Source: Bacteroidales bacterium | GTDB lineage: Bacteria; Bacteroidota; Bacteroidia; Bacteroidales; UBA932 | Assembly: GCA_017558775.1 (NCBI GenBank) | Contig: JAFYTP010000075.1 | Coordinates: forward strand, 2,228 to 66,227 | Direction of reading: 5' to 3' | DNA length: 64,000 nt | Shown: positions 16,787-27,146 of the stretch, one piece after another | Layout: the number at the start of each line of letters is the position of its first letter | Numbering within the stretch: position 1 is the stretch's first letter | Position numbers and translations under genes: made by a program | Notes under the pieces: generated by a model | Seen by the model: only the letters and a program-made list of their open reading frames with translations | The model's database searches: none | Told to the model about the DNA's origin: nothing

Positions 16787-19681
16787 CTAGAAACGGAAAT
16801 AGATGTTCAACATGTAATTGAAGCCGCTCATGTAGAAGTACCGCGAGTCGAAACGGTAGAACTGCTGTTTCGCCACGGTGTTCTTCACGATACGGGTCTG
16901 CTCGTAACCGCCGGTCTTCACCCAGGTGTTGTTCAGCAGGTTCTTCGCGTTCAGGGAGAAGCCCAGCTGATACTTCCGCTGGATGTACCAGGACTTGCCC
17001 ACGGAGAAGTTCAGGAGCCAGGCCGGATCGAACTTCTCCTGCGAGGCCATGTATTCGACCTCGGCGGGGGTGACTTCCTTGTCGGGACCCGCGGTGGCGT
17101 AGTCGGTACGGTAGAGCGGGTTCATCGACAGATAGGAATGGCCGAAATAGTCGACATCGGCATCCACGAACCAGTAGTTCCAGTTCCAGGCGAGGCCCAG
17201 GCTCACAGCGAGCTGCGGCGTGGACTCCACATAGTGCCGGACAATCGTACCGTCCGCCATCGGATGACTCTTCCAGTAAGGGACCACGACACCGTAAGTA
17301 TCCTCGACGATGGAGGCGTTATTGTCGATGGTCTGGTACATCTTCGGGTTGGAGGTGTAATAATACTCACCGTAGCCGATGACACCCTGGAGGGCGAGGT
17401 TCGGGAAGTCGGTGGGAATCTTGAAGCCCATCTCCATACCCACGTGCCGCTCATCGATGCCGGTCAGGGCGAAGTTGGTGAAGGAGTTCTGACCATCGTC
17501 ATAGAAGCTCATCACCTTGCTCTGGTCCATGATATCGGTGTAGTAGCCCGTGATGCGGAGGTTGTACCCGTTGGAGGAGACCTGGTAGTTGATGTCGCCC
17601 GTGAGGGTCTTCGTGGTCGTCAGGCCCGGTGCCAGGGAGTTGCGCGTACGCGGCGACATGAAGGCCTGGTTGAAGTTAGGGGCGTCGTTGAAGTAGCCCG
17701 CATCGGCATAGAACCGATGGCCGCCGGGAAGGACGTAGTTGAGGTTCACCTTGGCGGCGTAAGTCAGGAACTTGGCTACCTTGGACTTGCCGTACGAGGT
17801 GACGGGCTCCTGATTCTCGTCGTAGGTGGTCACCGCCACGCCGTCAATGACGAACGGAGAACCGTCGTCATTGACACCCGGGAAGAGACCCTTCCGGTTC
17901 AGACCGTAACGCCAGAAGGAGGTCTGGCCGATCTTGCCGCCGAGCGCCATCTCGAAGGAGCCGATGTTCAGCTTGCCCGAGAGCCAGCCGTTCCACTTGC
18001 GGACGTTCGCATAGTAGTCGTAGCCGTACTTGTCGCCCACGCGGATCTTCTGCGCCTTGCCGTTCTCCAGATAGTAAGCCAGGTCGTTCTGGGTCATATA
18101 CGGGAAAGCGGCGTAGTCGCGCTCCGCGAAGGAGTCTACATTGTAGAAGTAGTCACCGCCGAGCAGGTCATCCAGCTTCTGGTAGTATTCCGTCCGGTTG
18201 ATCTTCGCGTCGAAACCGCCGGTGAGGGTGAAGACGCGGAACGGACGCCACTTGAAGTTCGTGGCGAAGTTGAGGTCCTGCTGGTCCGTGCGGCGCTCCT
18301 GCACGACATACTTGGAACGGCGCTCGCCGTCCTCGATGTTGAGCTTGTTCACGGCGTACAGACGGTCCCAGTTGATGTGGGCGTACTCAGGAACGTCCTG
18401 ACGCCACACTTCGGCCGCCCAGGCGGCCTTCATCGCGTTCTGGCGGTTGTAGTCATCGTCCTCCATCAGATAGTAGCTGGGCAGGTTCCGGTAGTAGTCC
18501 GGACGCGGGTCCTGGGCGTCGTACCAGTCGAGGGCCGTGTAACCGTTCTTGCCGAAGCGGTAGAGGATGGTCGCGGCCGCCTGGAACTCCTGAGAAGGCG
18601 TGAAATCGTACTTGAGGATAGCGATGGGCTCATGCGTCTTACGGACACGGGCGTTGCGCACCTTGCCGTTCTGATAACCCCAGTTGGAGTTGTACATGTT
18701 GTCACCCATCAGGTCATAGACCTCCTGCGTGGAAGAGTTCGAGGCGCCGCGCTGTCCAGGAGTGCCCATGAAGACGGCTCCCAGCTTGTGCGCGTCGTTG
18801 AACTGCTTCTCCACGGCGGCGTAGTAGGCGAACGAGCGGTAGTACACACCCTTCACCCAGTCGTTGCCGCCCAGACGGGCGGACACGTTGAACGCGTACG
18901 ACCAGCCGTCGTCCCGGGGACCGGAGGCGTAGGTCATCATAAGGCGCAGCCGGTACAGCTGGCTGTTGGTGAGCACGCTCCCCCGCCATCCCTTACGGAC
19001 GGAGAGGGCGTTGACCGGAATGTTGGTCAGGCCGTTATAGCCGCCGATACCGTAGTCCGAGATCTCCGAGCCGTTCACCGTGTACTTGGTGCGGGTGGCC
19101 TCGTTAAGGCCGCTCCACAGCGAGAACGGGGAATAGCCGGTGATGGCGTCGTTCATCTTCACGCCGGCCAGATACACGTCCTGGGATTCGGAGGAATAGC
19201 CCCTCACCCGGTAGCGGACCGAGCTGAAGTTGTAACCCGCCAGGTCGTTGAAAACGTCGTTCTGGCCGAACAGGACGGTCGGGGAATCGCTGTAGCCGGT
19301 GTCGTCCATGTCGAACTCGACGAGGTTGTCCGCGTCCACCTCGCTGACCACGGTGCCCCGGGTCAGGGAGAGGTTGAACATGTTCTTGACATACCCGTCG
19401 TTGACCGTGACGTTGACGCGCGTCTCCAGGAAGTCGGGGGCCTGGATGACCAGGTCATAGACGCCGTTGTCCAAGTCTTCGATGAGGAACCGGCCGTCCG
19501 GACCCGAGGTCACCGTCGCCACCTCGGCCGTACCCTGGTACAGCACGAGGACCGCGTCGGCGACCGGCTGCCGGTCGGCTCGGCTGACGACCGTGCCCCT
19601 CACGCCTCCGGTATACGTCTGGGCGGCGAGGCCCAGGGCCAGGAGGAGGGCGGCGGAAGCCAATGTTATCTTCTTGATCAT
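16787..19681 (-). CDS. TonB-dependent outer-membrane receptor (non-SusC) with CarboxypepD_reg-like N-domain
   Basis: Signal peptide, N-terminal Ig-like domain, RYRVRGY plug segment, YNSNWGYQNGK.RNAR, amphipathic strands and C-terminal Phe (NIYFRF). Confidence 0.85.
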   Translation of the reverse strand: MIKKITLASAALLLALGLAAQTYTGGVRGTVVSRADRQPVADAVLVLYQGTAEVATVTSGPDGRFLIEDLDNGVYDLVIQAPDFLETRVNVTVNDGYVKNMFNLSLTRGTVVSEVDADNLVEFDMDDTGYSDSPTVLFGQNDVFNDLAGYNFSSVRYRVRGYSSESQDVYLAGVKMNDAITGYSPFSLWSGLNEATRTKYTVNGSEISDYGIGGYNGLTNIPVNALSVRKGWRGSVLTNSQLYRLRLMMTYASGPRDDGWSYAFNVSARLGGNDWVKGVYYRSFAYYAAVEKQFNDAHKLGAVFMGTPGQRGASNSSTQEVYDLMGDNMYNSNWGYQNGKVRNARVRKTHEPIAILKYDFTPSQEFQAAATILYRFGKNGYTALDWYDAQDPRPDYYRNLPSYYLMEDDDYNRQNAMKAAWAAEVWRQDVPEYAHINWDRLYAVNKLNIEDGERRSKYVVQERRTDQQDLNFATNFKWRPFRVFTLTGGFDAKINRTEYYQKLDDLLGGDYFYNVDSFAERDYAAFPYMTQNDLAYYLENGKAQKIRVGDKYGYDYYANVRKWNGWLSGKLNIGSFEMALGGKIGQTSFWRYGLNRKGLFPGVNDDGSPFVIDGVAVTTYDENQEPVTSYGKSKVAKFLTYAAKVNLNYVLPGGHRFYADAGYFNDAPNFNQAFMSPRTRNSLAPGLTTTKTLTGDINYQVSSNGYNLRITGYYTDIMDQSKVMSFYDDGQNSFTNFALTGIDERHVGMEMGFKIPTDFPNLALQGVIGYGEYYYTSNPKMYQTIDNNASIVEDTYGVVVPYWKSHPMADGTIVRHYVESTPQLAVSLGLAWNWNYWFVDADVDYFGHSYLSMNPLYRTDYATAGPDKEVTPAEVEYMASQEKFDPAWLLNFSVGKSWYIQRKYQLGFSLNAKNLLNNTWVKTGGYEQTRIVKNTVAKQQFYRFDSRYFYMSGFNYMLNIYFRF

Positions 19682-19691
19682 AACTGAGTGC

Positions 19692-20762
19692 TTACTTGTT
19701 ACTGACTACGATATAGGTCGGGAAGTGGTCGCTGTAGCCGCCCACGAACGCGCCGTTGGAGAAGGTGCGCAGCGGCTGGCCGGCATACTGGCCTTCCTGC
19801 TGGACCATGAACGGCGGGTTGAAGATGCGCGCGTAGTACTTCTTCTTCACGATCGGCTGGATCTTCAACGTGCCCTTCGGGGCGTTCACGAGACTTTCGC
19901 TGACCACCAGGATGTCGTAGATGTTGTTCTCGCCGCGGTAGTACAGGGAGCTGTAGCCCGCCTTGAGCATGGACACGAACGGGGAGAAGAAATCATACGG
20001 ACCCACGTCCTCGATTTTCTCCCGGCCGTGCATGTACACGAACATGCTGTCGTCGGTAGGGTTGTCGTTCATATCGCCCATGGCCACGATCTTGATGCCG
20101 GGATACTCCTGCATCAGGCGCAGGCTCTCCTGGTACATCATCTCGCCGCCGCGGGAACGGAGGGCGCCGCTCTTCTCGCCCAGGCGGGACGGAAGGTGGG
20201 CCACGAAGAACGCGAACATTTCACCGCCCAGCAGGCCGCGGACCATCAGGAGGTCACGGGTGCGGAAGGCGTCCTTCTCCTCGTCGGTCATCCCGAAATC
20301 GAGGGCGCTGTCGAAGGTGAAAGGAATGGACTTGGACTCCAGCACGGTGAACAGCTCCGGACGGTAGAACAGGGCCACATCGACACCACGGCGGTCCGGA
20401 CCGTCGTAATGGACGATCTGATAATGCGCGTCGGCGATAGCCTCCTGCGCGACCAGGTCCTCGAGGACGTGGCGATTCTCCACCTCGGAGACGCCCAGGA
20501 TGGCGTGGTAGGCCTTGTTCTCGTCCTTCATGGCGCGGATGACCTTGGCCATGTTGGCGAGCTTCTTCTCATACTTGTAGTCGGTCCATTCGTTCGCGCC
20601 GTCGGGAAGGTACTCGTAGTCGTTCTTCCCTTCGTCGTGATACGTATCGAACAGGTTCTCCAGGTTGTAGAACCCGATCACATAGCTCTTCCGGCCCTGA
20701 GCGAGGGCCGACGCCGGTGCCAGGACCAGCAGGAGCAGAACATAAGTCAAAAATCTTTTCAT
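19692..20762 (-). CDS. Endonuclease/exonuclease/phosphatase (EEP) family nuclease, secreted
   Basis: Motifs FYNLENLFD, GVSEVEN, D.RGVDVA, HLPSR, MGDMND and GYSDHFP. SPI-type signal peptide. Confidence 0.9.
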   Translation of the reverse strand: MKRFLTYVLLLLVLAPASALAQGRKSYVIGFYNLENLFDTYHDEGKNDYEYLPDGANEWTDYKYEKKLANMAKVIRAMKDENKAYHAILGVSEVENRHVLEDLVAQEAIADAHYQIVHYDGPDRRGVDVALFYRPELFTVLESKSIPFTFDSALDFGMTDEEKDAFRTRDLLMVRGLLGGEMFAFFVAHLPSRLGEKSGALRSRGGEMMYQESLRLMQEYPGIKIVAMGDMNDNPTDDSMFVYMHGREKIEDVGPYDFFSPFVSMLKAGYSSLYYRGENNIYDILVVSESLVNAPKGTLKIQPIVKKKYYARIFNPPFMVQQEGQYAGQPLRTFSNGAFVGGYSDHFPTYIVVSNK

Positions 20763-20779
20763 GGCGCGTGCGTTTTAAT

Positions 20780-21937
20780 TTACCACCACCAACTGACTGT
20801 ATTCGGGTTCTCCGTCTCCACGGCGTTCGCGGCGGACTCGCCCACGGCGCCCGGCAGGTTCACGAAGAGGTTCATACCCAGCTTGTTCTCCAGGTCGCGG
20901 ATGGACATCACGGAAGCATGGTTCCGCTTGACGGTCTCGCTGGCCGGAGTTGTATGGTCCAGATACACGGCGCAGCCGCGGTATCCGCCGTTGGCCTCCT
21001 GCGACTTGTTGTAAGCGAGGACCGCCTTGTAGTAGGCCACCGGGATAGCGATGGACTTGCCGTCGATATCCGTCGTCCGGGAGGACTTCTCGTTCACCAC
21101 GCAACCGGTCACCACGTACAGGGTATCGCTCTTGAAGGCCCAGTTACGGACCGATTCCTCGAGACGGGCCCAGATTTCGCCGTTGAAATTGTAGTTCTGC
21201 GGCGTCATGTTGGTACCATAGAAGGTCGCGACGTTGGCCGAGTAGTTCAAGCGGTCGGCGGACGGGATCTGGTGGCCGCGCGCCCAGCCGCCCCGGAAGG
21301 TGCTGGTCACGTTCGGCTGCTTGGAAGCGGGCACGAGCGGGTCGTAACCCCAGGCGTCGGAACGGCTGCCCGAGCCCCGAAGGGTCGTGTTCAGCGGATA
21401 GGCCACCCAGCGGGACACCAGGTTCGAGTAATCCCAGTAGAAGGAATAGTTGCGTCCCGTGTAACCGGTGATAGTCATGTTATGCCAGAAGAAATTCAGG
21501 CCGTCGTCCTCGAGGGTCTCCGGCAGCTCCATCCATCCCTTGCGGGTGTTGGGTTCGCCGTTGAACTCCGGGGTTTCGTCATGGGAGGCCGGATTCTGCA
21601 CCAGGGTGAGGACGATTTCCTTGCCCTCCGCCTGGAGGACGATGTTCGCCTTCCGGCTGCTTTCTTCCTTGTTGGCATCGTAGCACAGGGCGATGGAATG
21701 CGAAGATCCACGCCCCTTTTCAGGGATGATCTGGACCCAGTCCGCATCGCTGGACAACGTCCACGCGCCGGGCGTCACGACGGAGAGGAACTGGCTGCCT
21801 TTCTTACTGGAAACCGTGTTCTTCGCCATGATGAGCTCCGGATCGGGGACGACGGGTTCTTCCTCGCAGGAAACGGCCCCGAGCGCAAGGACGCCCAGGA
21901 AAACCGCTCCGCAAATATGTCGGAAAATCCTTCGCAT
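20780..21937 (-). CDS. BACON domain + DNA/RNA non-specific (His-Me finger, NucA/EndoG-like) endonuclease, lipoprotein
   Basis: Lipobox AVSC-EEE, BACON (W...DADWVQI...SRKANI...VQ), RNYS..WVAYPL, RGHQIPSADR, TFYGTNMTPQ and FNGEIWARLE. Confidence 0.92.
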   Translation of the reverse strand: MRRIFRHICGAVFLGVLALGAVSCEEEPVVPDPELIMAKNTVSSKKGSQFLSVVTPGAWTLSSDADWVQIIPEKGRGSSHSIALCYDANKEESSRKANIVLQAEGKEIVLTLVQNPASHDETPEFNGEPNTRKGWMELPETLEDDGLNFFWHNMTITGYTGRNYSFYWDYSNLVSRWVAYPLNTTLRGSGSRSDAWGYDPLVPASKQPNVTSTFRGGWARGHQIPSADRLNYSANVATFYGTNMTPQNYNFNGEIWARLEESVRNWAFKSDTLYVVTGCVVNEKSSRTTDIDGKSIAIPVAYYKAVLAYNKSQEANGGYRGCAVYLDHTTPASETVKRNHASVMSIRDLENKLGMNLFVNLPGAVGESAANAVETENPNTVSWWW

Positions 21938-21949
21938 GGTCCGTTCCCT

Positions 21950-24900
21950 TTATTCGAATTCCACCGTGATTTTCTCCATGCGGACCTGACCGTTGTTGGC
22001 GTGGAGGACCACCTTGGAGGCGGAGCCGGTCCAGGTCACGGTCTTCGCGGACTTGTCGGCCGTCGCGTTGGCGCCGCCTTCCAGGCCCGTCATGTCGAAG
22101 CAGTAGGAAGTGTTACCGGAATCCGGCGCGCAGCCGATGACGATCTTCTTGATCTTCTTCCCTTCCGTCGAGCCGATGCTCAGGGCCGAATTCTTGTACA
22201 CGCGGACGTGGTTCTCATTCGGGGTGACCGGGTTGGAAGTGGAAGTGTGCTTGTAGTAGGCGATCTTCAGGCCCTGGGTCGTGGCGGCGTAGCCGCTGCC
22301 GTAGGTGCCGTCGGAATCCGACGCCCAGCTCTGGGCGGACGCGTTCGTCGCGAAGGAGACGGAACTGCCACCGGGCGTATCACCACCGCCGGGCTGGTCG
22401 CCGTCAGCGGAGGTCTTACCGTTCAAGGAATAGAGCCAGTTCTCATTGGCCACCGTCTCCGGCGTATTGCCCTTGTAGTTCATCAGGGCGCCGTATACGA
22501 TCACTTCATCACCCACCTTGATGTCGGGGCCGGAAGTGTATTTCTCGCCATTGAAATACAGGCTGCGGAAGATGTAGAACTCCTCGTTCTCGGTACCATC
22601 GGCAGAGATGTAGTAAGAGGCGTTGCCATAAGTGCCGCCACCCACATAGGTGCCGTTGTTGGCGATCTTGGAGATCTTACCCTTCACATACACCTTGTCC
22701 GTCTTCTGGTAGTCGGTGTTGCTGGTCCAGGTCAGGTCCGCAACCGCCGCGATAGCGCCGGCGGGAGTATAAGGATCCGTCAGCGTACCGCTGCCGTTGC
22801 CGGAAGACGAGCCGCCGCCACCGTTACCGGTATCGCCATTCAGCGAGTAGAGCCAGTTCTCACCGGCCACCGTCTCCGGCGTGTTGCCCTTGTAATTCAT
22901 CAGGGCGCCGTATACGATAACCTCGTCACCCACCTTGATGTCGGTGCCGGAAGTGTACTTCTCGCCGTTGAAATACAGGCTGCGGAAGATGTAGAACTCT
23001 CCGTTCTCGGTACCATCGGCAGAAATGTAGTAAGAGGCATTTCCATAGGTGCCTCCCTCGGTGTAGGTACCCTTGTTGGCAATCCGGGAGATCTTGCCCT
23101 TCACATACACCTTGTCTGTCTTCTGGTAGTCGGTGTTGCTGGTCCAGGTCAAATCCGCGACCGCGGCGATAGCGCCGGCCGGGGTGTAAGGATCGGCCAG
23201 GGTGCCGCTGCCGTTGCCACCGGGCGTGTCACCGCCACCGCCGCCACCGTTCACCTTCTCGATGAACCAGGCGTACATAACCTCGATCTTGTCGCCGAAG
23301 GATCCGCGGTAACCACGGATCTTGATCTTGTCGCCTTCGTTCAGGCCCAGGGACGCGTAGCTCTTGTCATTCTTAGCGCCATAGCCGAGCTCCGTCGCGG
23401 TAAGGCCGTACACATAGACAGTGCCGGTCTCGTCCGCCAGGTCGAAGTTGCCGTAGGTCGTGTTGATGGTGCCGCCAATGGTGCCCACCAGCTCGTACAC
23501 CTGCTTGTCGGACTCGGGCGCAGCGAGGAATTCGGCCACGGAGACCGCCTTCACTTCGCCGGTGTCGCCGCCACCGCCGCCGCCCTGGGAGTTCAGGGAA
23601 TAGAGGTAGGCCGCGTTGGCCACGGTCTCGGGCGTGTTGCCACGGTAGTTCATCAGCTCACCGCAAATGACGACCTCGTCACCAACCTTGATATCCGTGC
23701 CGGAGGTATACTTCACGTTGCCCAGATAGAGGATGCGGTAGCAATAGAGTTCGTTCGCCTCCTTGCCATCGTCGGAGATGTAGAAGGTCGCGTTGCCGAA
23801 GGTGCCGCTCTGCGCGAAGGTGCCGTTGTCGGCGATCCGGGAGATCTTACCCTTCACATACACCGTTCCCGTCTTCTGGTAGTCGGTGTTGCTGGACCAA
23901 GTAAGATCCTTGACCGCATTGCGGGCCGCCATCACGTTGTACGGATCGTCCAAAGTACCGGTACCGGTGGCATCGCCGCCAGGACCCGGAGGCGTGTCGC
24001 CGCCACCGCCCTCGCCGTTCAGCGAGTACAGGTAAGCGGAGTTGGCCACGGTTTCGGGCGTATTGCCGCGGTAGTTCATCAGCTCGCCGCAGATGACCAC
24101 CTCGTCACCCACCTTGATGTCCGTACCGGAAGTGTATTTCTTGTTTCCGAGGTACAGGATACGGTAGGCGTACAACTCGGCGCCATCGGCACCATCGTCG
24201 TTGATGTAGAAGGTCGCGTTACCGAAGGTGCCGCTCTGTCCGAAGGTGCCGTTGTCGGCGATCCGGGAGATCTTACCCTTGACATACACCACACCGGTCT
24301 TCTCGTAATTGTCGTTGCTGGTCCAGGTCAGATTCTTGACCGCCGCCCGGGCCGCTGCCACGTTGTACGGGTCATCCACGGTACCGGTGCCGGCAGGCGT
24401 GCCTTCAGTGCCGCCGCCACCGCCTTCGTCGGTTCCTCTGTTCACACCATTGTGCTCATAGACGAAGGCCGTGCCCTGCACCGTCTCCGGGGTGTTGCCC
24501 TTGTAGTTGACCACGTAACCATAGATAATCACATCGTCACCCACCTTGATGTCGGTGTCGGTCTTGGAGCTCCACTTCTTGTTGCCCAGATAAAGGACAC
24601 GGTAGCAGTAGAACTGGTCGCCGCTTTCCGTACCATCGTCGGAGATGTAGAAGGTCGCATTGCCGTAGGTGCCGCTGGAAGCGAAGTTGTTGTTGTCGTC
24701 AATGCGGGAAATCTTACCCTTGACATACACGCCGGACGAGCTCTGCACGTCGGCGCCGAGGCTCTTGACGTACTTGACGGCGCCGGCCACGGTCAGCGGA
24801 TTGTCGAGCGTGCCGATGATTTCCTCACCACGCTCGCCGACCTGGGAGAAGGCGATGGTCTTGTAGTCGTAGTTGATCGAGAATTTAACCTGCTTGTTGC

Positions 24901-25234
24901 GGTTGTAACCCGCGTTGTTCAGGACGGTGACGGTCACCCGCTGCGGGGTGTCGGAAGCCTCACCGTGGTCGGGCGTGACGGCGATCCAGGGAATCTCGTC
25001 GGCGTCCCAGTTGATGTCGGCCGTCCAGGCGCGGTTCGCCAGGACGGTCATGGTCAGGGTCTTCAGGTCCTTGTCGAGAGCGACGGAGGCCTTCTTGGTT
25101 TCCGTGTCAAAATGGAGATCCGATCCTCCCACCTGGATCTTAGGAAGGTCGATGTCGCGTTCCTCCGGCCGACAGCCGGTAAAGACGGCGGCCGCGAAAG
25201 CGAGGAGCGTGAGGAAGCGTGTTGCGAGTTTCAT
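21950..25234 (-). CDS. BACON + six OB-fold-like modules + C-terminal beta-sandwich, surface lipoprotein
   Basis: Start taken as ATG 25234, lipobox FTGC. Five ~125-aa repeats (GT..DPY...VYVKGKIS...YGNATFYIS.DG...IKVGDEV...G.LMNY.GNTPE) plus one shorter OB module, joined by Gly-rich linkers. Confidence 0.8.
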   Translation of the reverse strand: MKLATRFLTLLAFAAAVFTGCRPEERDIDLPKIQVGGSDLHFDTETKKASVALDKDLKTLTMTVLANRAWTADINWDADEIPWIAVTPDHGEASDTPQRVTVTVLNNAGYNRNKQVKFSINYDYKTIAFSQVGERGEEIIGTLDNPLTVAGAVKYVKSLGADVQSSSGVYVKGKISRIDDNNNFASSGTYGNATFYISDDGTESGDQFYCYRVLYLGNKKWSSKTDTDIKVGDDVIIYGYVVNYKGNTPETVQGTAFVYEHNGVNRGTDEGGGGGTEGTPAGTGTVDDPYNVAAARAAVKNLTWTSNDNYEKTGVVYVKGKISRIADNGTFGQSGTFGNATFYINDDGADGAELYAYRILYLGNKKYTSGTDIKVGDEVVICGELMNYRGNTPETVANSAYLYSLNGEGGGGDTPPGPGGDATGTGTLDDPYNVMAARNAVKDLTWSSNTDYQKTGTVYVKGKISRIADNGTFAQSGTFGNATFYISDDGKEANELYCYRILYLGNVKYTSGTDIKVGDEVVICGELMNYRGNTPETVANAAYLYSLNSQGGGGGGDTGEVKAVSVAEFLAAPESDKQVYELVGTIGGTINTTYGNFDLADETGTVYVYGLTATELGYGAKNDKSYASLGLNEGDKIKIRGYRGSFGDKIEVMYAWFIEKVNGGGGGGDTPGGNGSGTLADPYTPAGAIAAVADLTWTSNTDYQKTDKVYVKGKISRIANKGTYTEGGTYGNASYYISADGTENGEFYIFRSLYFNGEKYTSGTDIKVGDEVIVYGALMNYKGNTPETVAGENWLYSLNGDTGNGGGGSSSGNGSGTLTDPYTPAGAIAAVADLTWTSNTDYQKTDKVYVKGKISKIANNGTYVGGGTYGNASYYISADGTENEEFYIFRSLYFNGEKYTSGPDIKVGDEVIVYGALMNYKGNTPETVANENWLYSLNGKTSADGDQPGGGDTPGGSSVSFATNASAQSWASDSDGTYGSGYAATTQGLKIAYYKHTSTSNPVTPNENHVRVYKNSALSIGSTEGKKIKKIVIGCAPDSGNTSYCFDMTGLEGGANATADKSAKTVTWTGSASKVVLHANNGQVRMEKITVEFE
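22418..23212 (-). repeat. Tandem near-identical intragenic domain repeats (modules 5 and 6; period 417 nt)
   Basis: 22418-22795 and 22835-23212 encode almost identical peptides. A second similar pair lies at about 23591-23965 and 24014-24391. Confidence 0.85.
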
Positions 25235-25249
25235 ATTTCGGATCATTGG

Positions 25250-27127
25250 TTATTCGGTTTTACCGTTGAGGGAATACAGGTAGGCCTTGCCGGAGACCGT
25301 CTCGGGGGTGTTCCCCTTGTAGTTCATCAGATTGCCGTAGATAATGACGTCGTCGCCGACCTTGATGTCGGTCTGACCCTCCTCGAACTTCTTGTTCCCG
25401 AGGTACAGGGCGCGGAAAACCTGGAGGTCGCCGTCACCGGTGCCGTCCGCGGACAGGAAGAAGGTGGCGTTGCCGTAGGTGCCACCCTCGGTGTAAGTGC
25501 CCTTGCTGGCGATCTTGCAGATCTTGCCGGCGACATACACATCGTCCGTGGACTCGTATTCGGTGTTGGAAGTCCAGCTCAGGCCGGCGACCGCGGCAGC
25601 GGCCTCGGCCGGAGTATACGGATTGGCCAGGGAACCCTTGGCGCCGGCCTCCTCGATCTTGGTGGCGATGACGTTCAGGTACTTGTTGCCGCCGGACAGG
25701 CCGTTGAAGAAGCCGGTCACGGTGACCTTCTTGCCATCGTAGTCCTTGGCGCCGAGCGCGTCGATGGGATTGACGACGCTGCCCTGCTTCGTGGCGGGAT
25801 CGGCACCGTCGATTTCGACGTTGATGTAGTTGCCGGAAACCTTCAGGACACCGGTGAACTGGATGTATTCGGCGACATTGGCAGCGTAGGTGGCCGCATC
25901 GGTCGTGACATCCTTCGCCGCCGGATAATTGACGGAGGCGGTGCCGGTCTTCTCGACGGAGGTGATGGTGGCCAGTTCAGGCACGCCGTTGTAGGTGGTC
26001 TTGGTGGCCAGGACCTTCACCACGTCGCCGATCTCGACGGCATTGGCTCCATTGTCATAGGCGTAAATGGCGGTGGTGCCGTCGGAAAGGACGAAGCCCT
26101 TGGTGGTCTTGGCGGCTACGGTCGATTCGAGTGTCTCCACGCCGGAGTTGTCCGGCAGGGCGACGATGTCGGTGATGGACTGTCCGGTCGGCGGGACGCC
26201 TTCCTGGGTGACGGTCACAGCCTTGGAGGAGTTCGCGGCCTTGAACTGGATGGTCGCGGTACGGGAGGCCGTGGTGGTGTTCGCGTCATACTCGAAGGAG
26301 TACACGACGGCATCCTTCTCGCCGGCGGCGATGTCGGTCATCCGGACCCAGCCGTCGGACGGCAGGACCGCCATGCCATTGGCCTTGGAAATGACGGAGA
26401 CCGTGAAGGTACCGGCGTCGCTGCCCACGGCAATCTCGGAAGGATCGACCTCGATGAGGGACTTCTCCACGCTGATGAGGGTGGCGTCCACAAGCTCGAG
26501 GGTGGTGCCGTTATAGAGGGTTCTCGGACCCTGGAGGGTGACGACGTCGCCCACCTCCACACCGAAGGTGGCCCAGCCGCCGGCATCCTTCGGATACTGG
26601 CCCTTGGCGTTGAACAGGCCGTAGATGTAGATGGTGCCGGTGTCGTCGGAAACGTACAGGTTACCGTAGTTGGTGTTGACGATGCTGGTCACGGTACCGC
26701 GGATGCGGTAGGTCTCGCCGTCATTGCCGGCCGCCACCTGGGCGATCGTGGAAAGCGGAGCCTCCACGGCGCCGGGGCCGGCCTGGATCACGGTGAAACG
26801 CTGCTGCTTGCCGGCGACGTTCACGACCAGGTTGGCGGTACGCTCGCTGTTGCCGGTGTTCGGCTGTGCCGAAAAGACGAGGTGCTCGACCTCGAATCCG
26901 CCCGAAGTCGGAGAGACGGTGAGCCAGTCCGGAATCGCGGAAGTGTCGAAGGACCAGGTCGTGGTCGCCTTGAGGGGCGTAGTGACGATGCCGCCTTCCA
27001 GCGGAAGGCCGATATAGGACATCTCCGGTTTGAACTCGGGGATGGAGGATATCACCTGCTCCTGCGCGCAGCCGGCGGCGAGCGCCGCACCGGCGAGGAT
27101 GGAAAGGAAGTAATTTCTGAGTTTCAT
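25250..27127 (-). CDS. Two BACON domains + OB-fold-like modules, surface lipoprotein
   Basis: Lipobox AAGC. YRIRGTVTSIVNTNYGNLYVSDDTGTIYIYG...VGDVVTLQG OB pattern. The C-terminal module is the same repeat type as in the neighbouring gene. Confidence 0.8.
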   Translation of the reverse strand: MKLRNYFLSILAGAALAAGCAQEQVISSIPEFKPEMSYIGLPLEGGIVTTPLKATTTWSFDTSAIPDWLTVSPTSGGFEVEHLVFSAQPNTGNSERTANLVVNVAGKQQRFTVIQAGPGAVEAPLSTIAQVAAGNDGETYRIRGTVTSIVNTNYGNLYVSDDTGTIYIYGLFNAKGQYPKDAGGWATFGVEVGDVVTLQGPRTLYNGTTLELVDATLISVEKSLIEVDPSEIAVGSDAGTFTVSVISKANGMAVLPSDGWVRMTDIAAGEKDAVVYSFEYDANTTTASRTATIQFKAANSSKAVTVTQEGVPPTGQSITDIVALPDNSGVETLESTVAAKTTKGFVLSDGTTAIYAYDNGANAVEIGDVVKVLATKTTYNGVPELATITSVEKTGTASVNYPAAKDVTTDAATYAANVAEYIQFTGVLKVSGNYINVEIDGADPATKQGSVVNPIDALGAKDYDGKKVTVTGFFNGLSGGNKYLNVIATKIEEAGAKGSLANPYTPAEAAAAVAGLSWTSNTEYESTDDVYVAGKICKIASKGTYTEGGTYGNATFFLSADGTGDGDLQVFRALYLGNKKFEEGQTDIKVGDDVIIYGNLMNYKGNTPETVSGKAYLYSLNGKTE

Positions 27128-27146
27128 ATCGTTACGCGCTTACAGG

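Noticed and set aside
22418-24815. Periodic ~420-nt repeats as a possible CRISPR array or DGR template/variable repeats
   Set aside because: They are in-frame protein domain repeats, differences are not adenine-specific, and there is no RT, cas gene or short repeat-spacer pattern.
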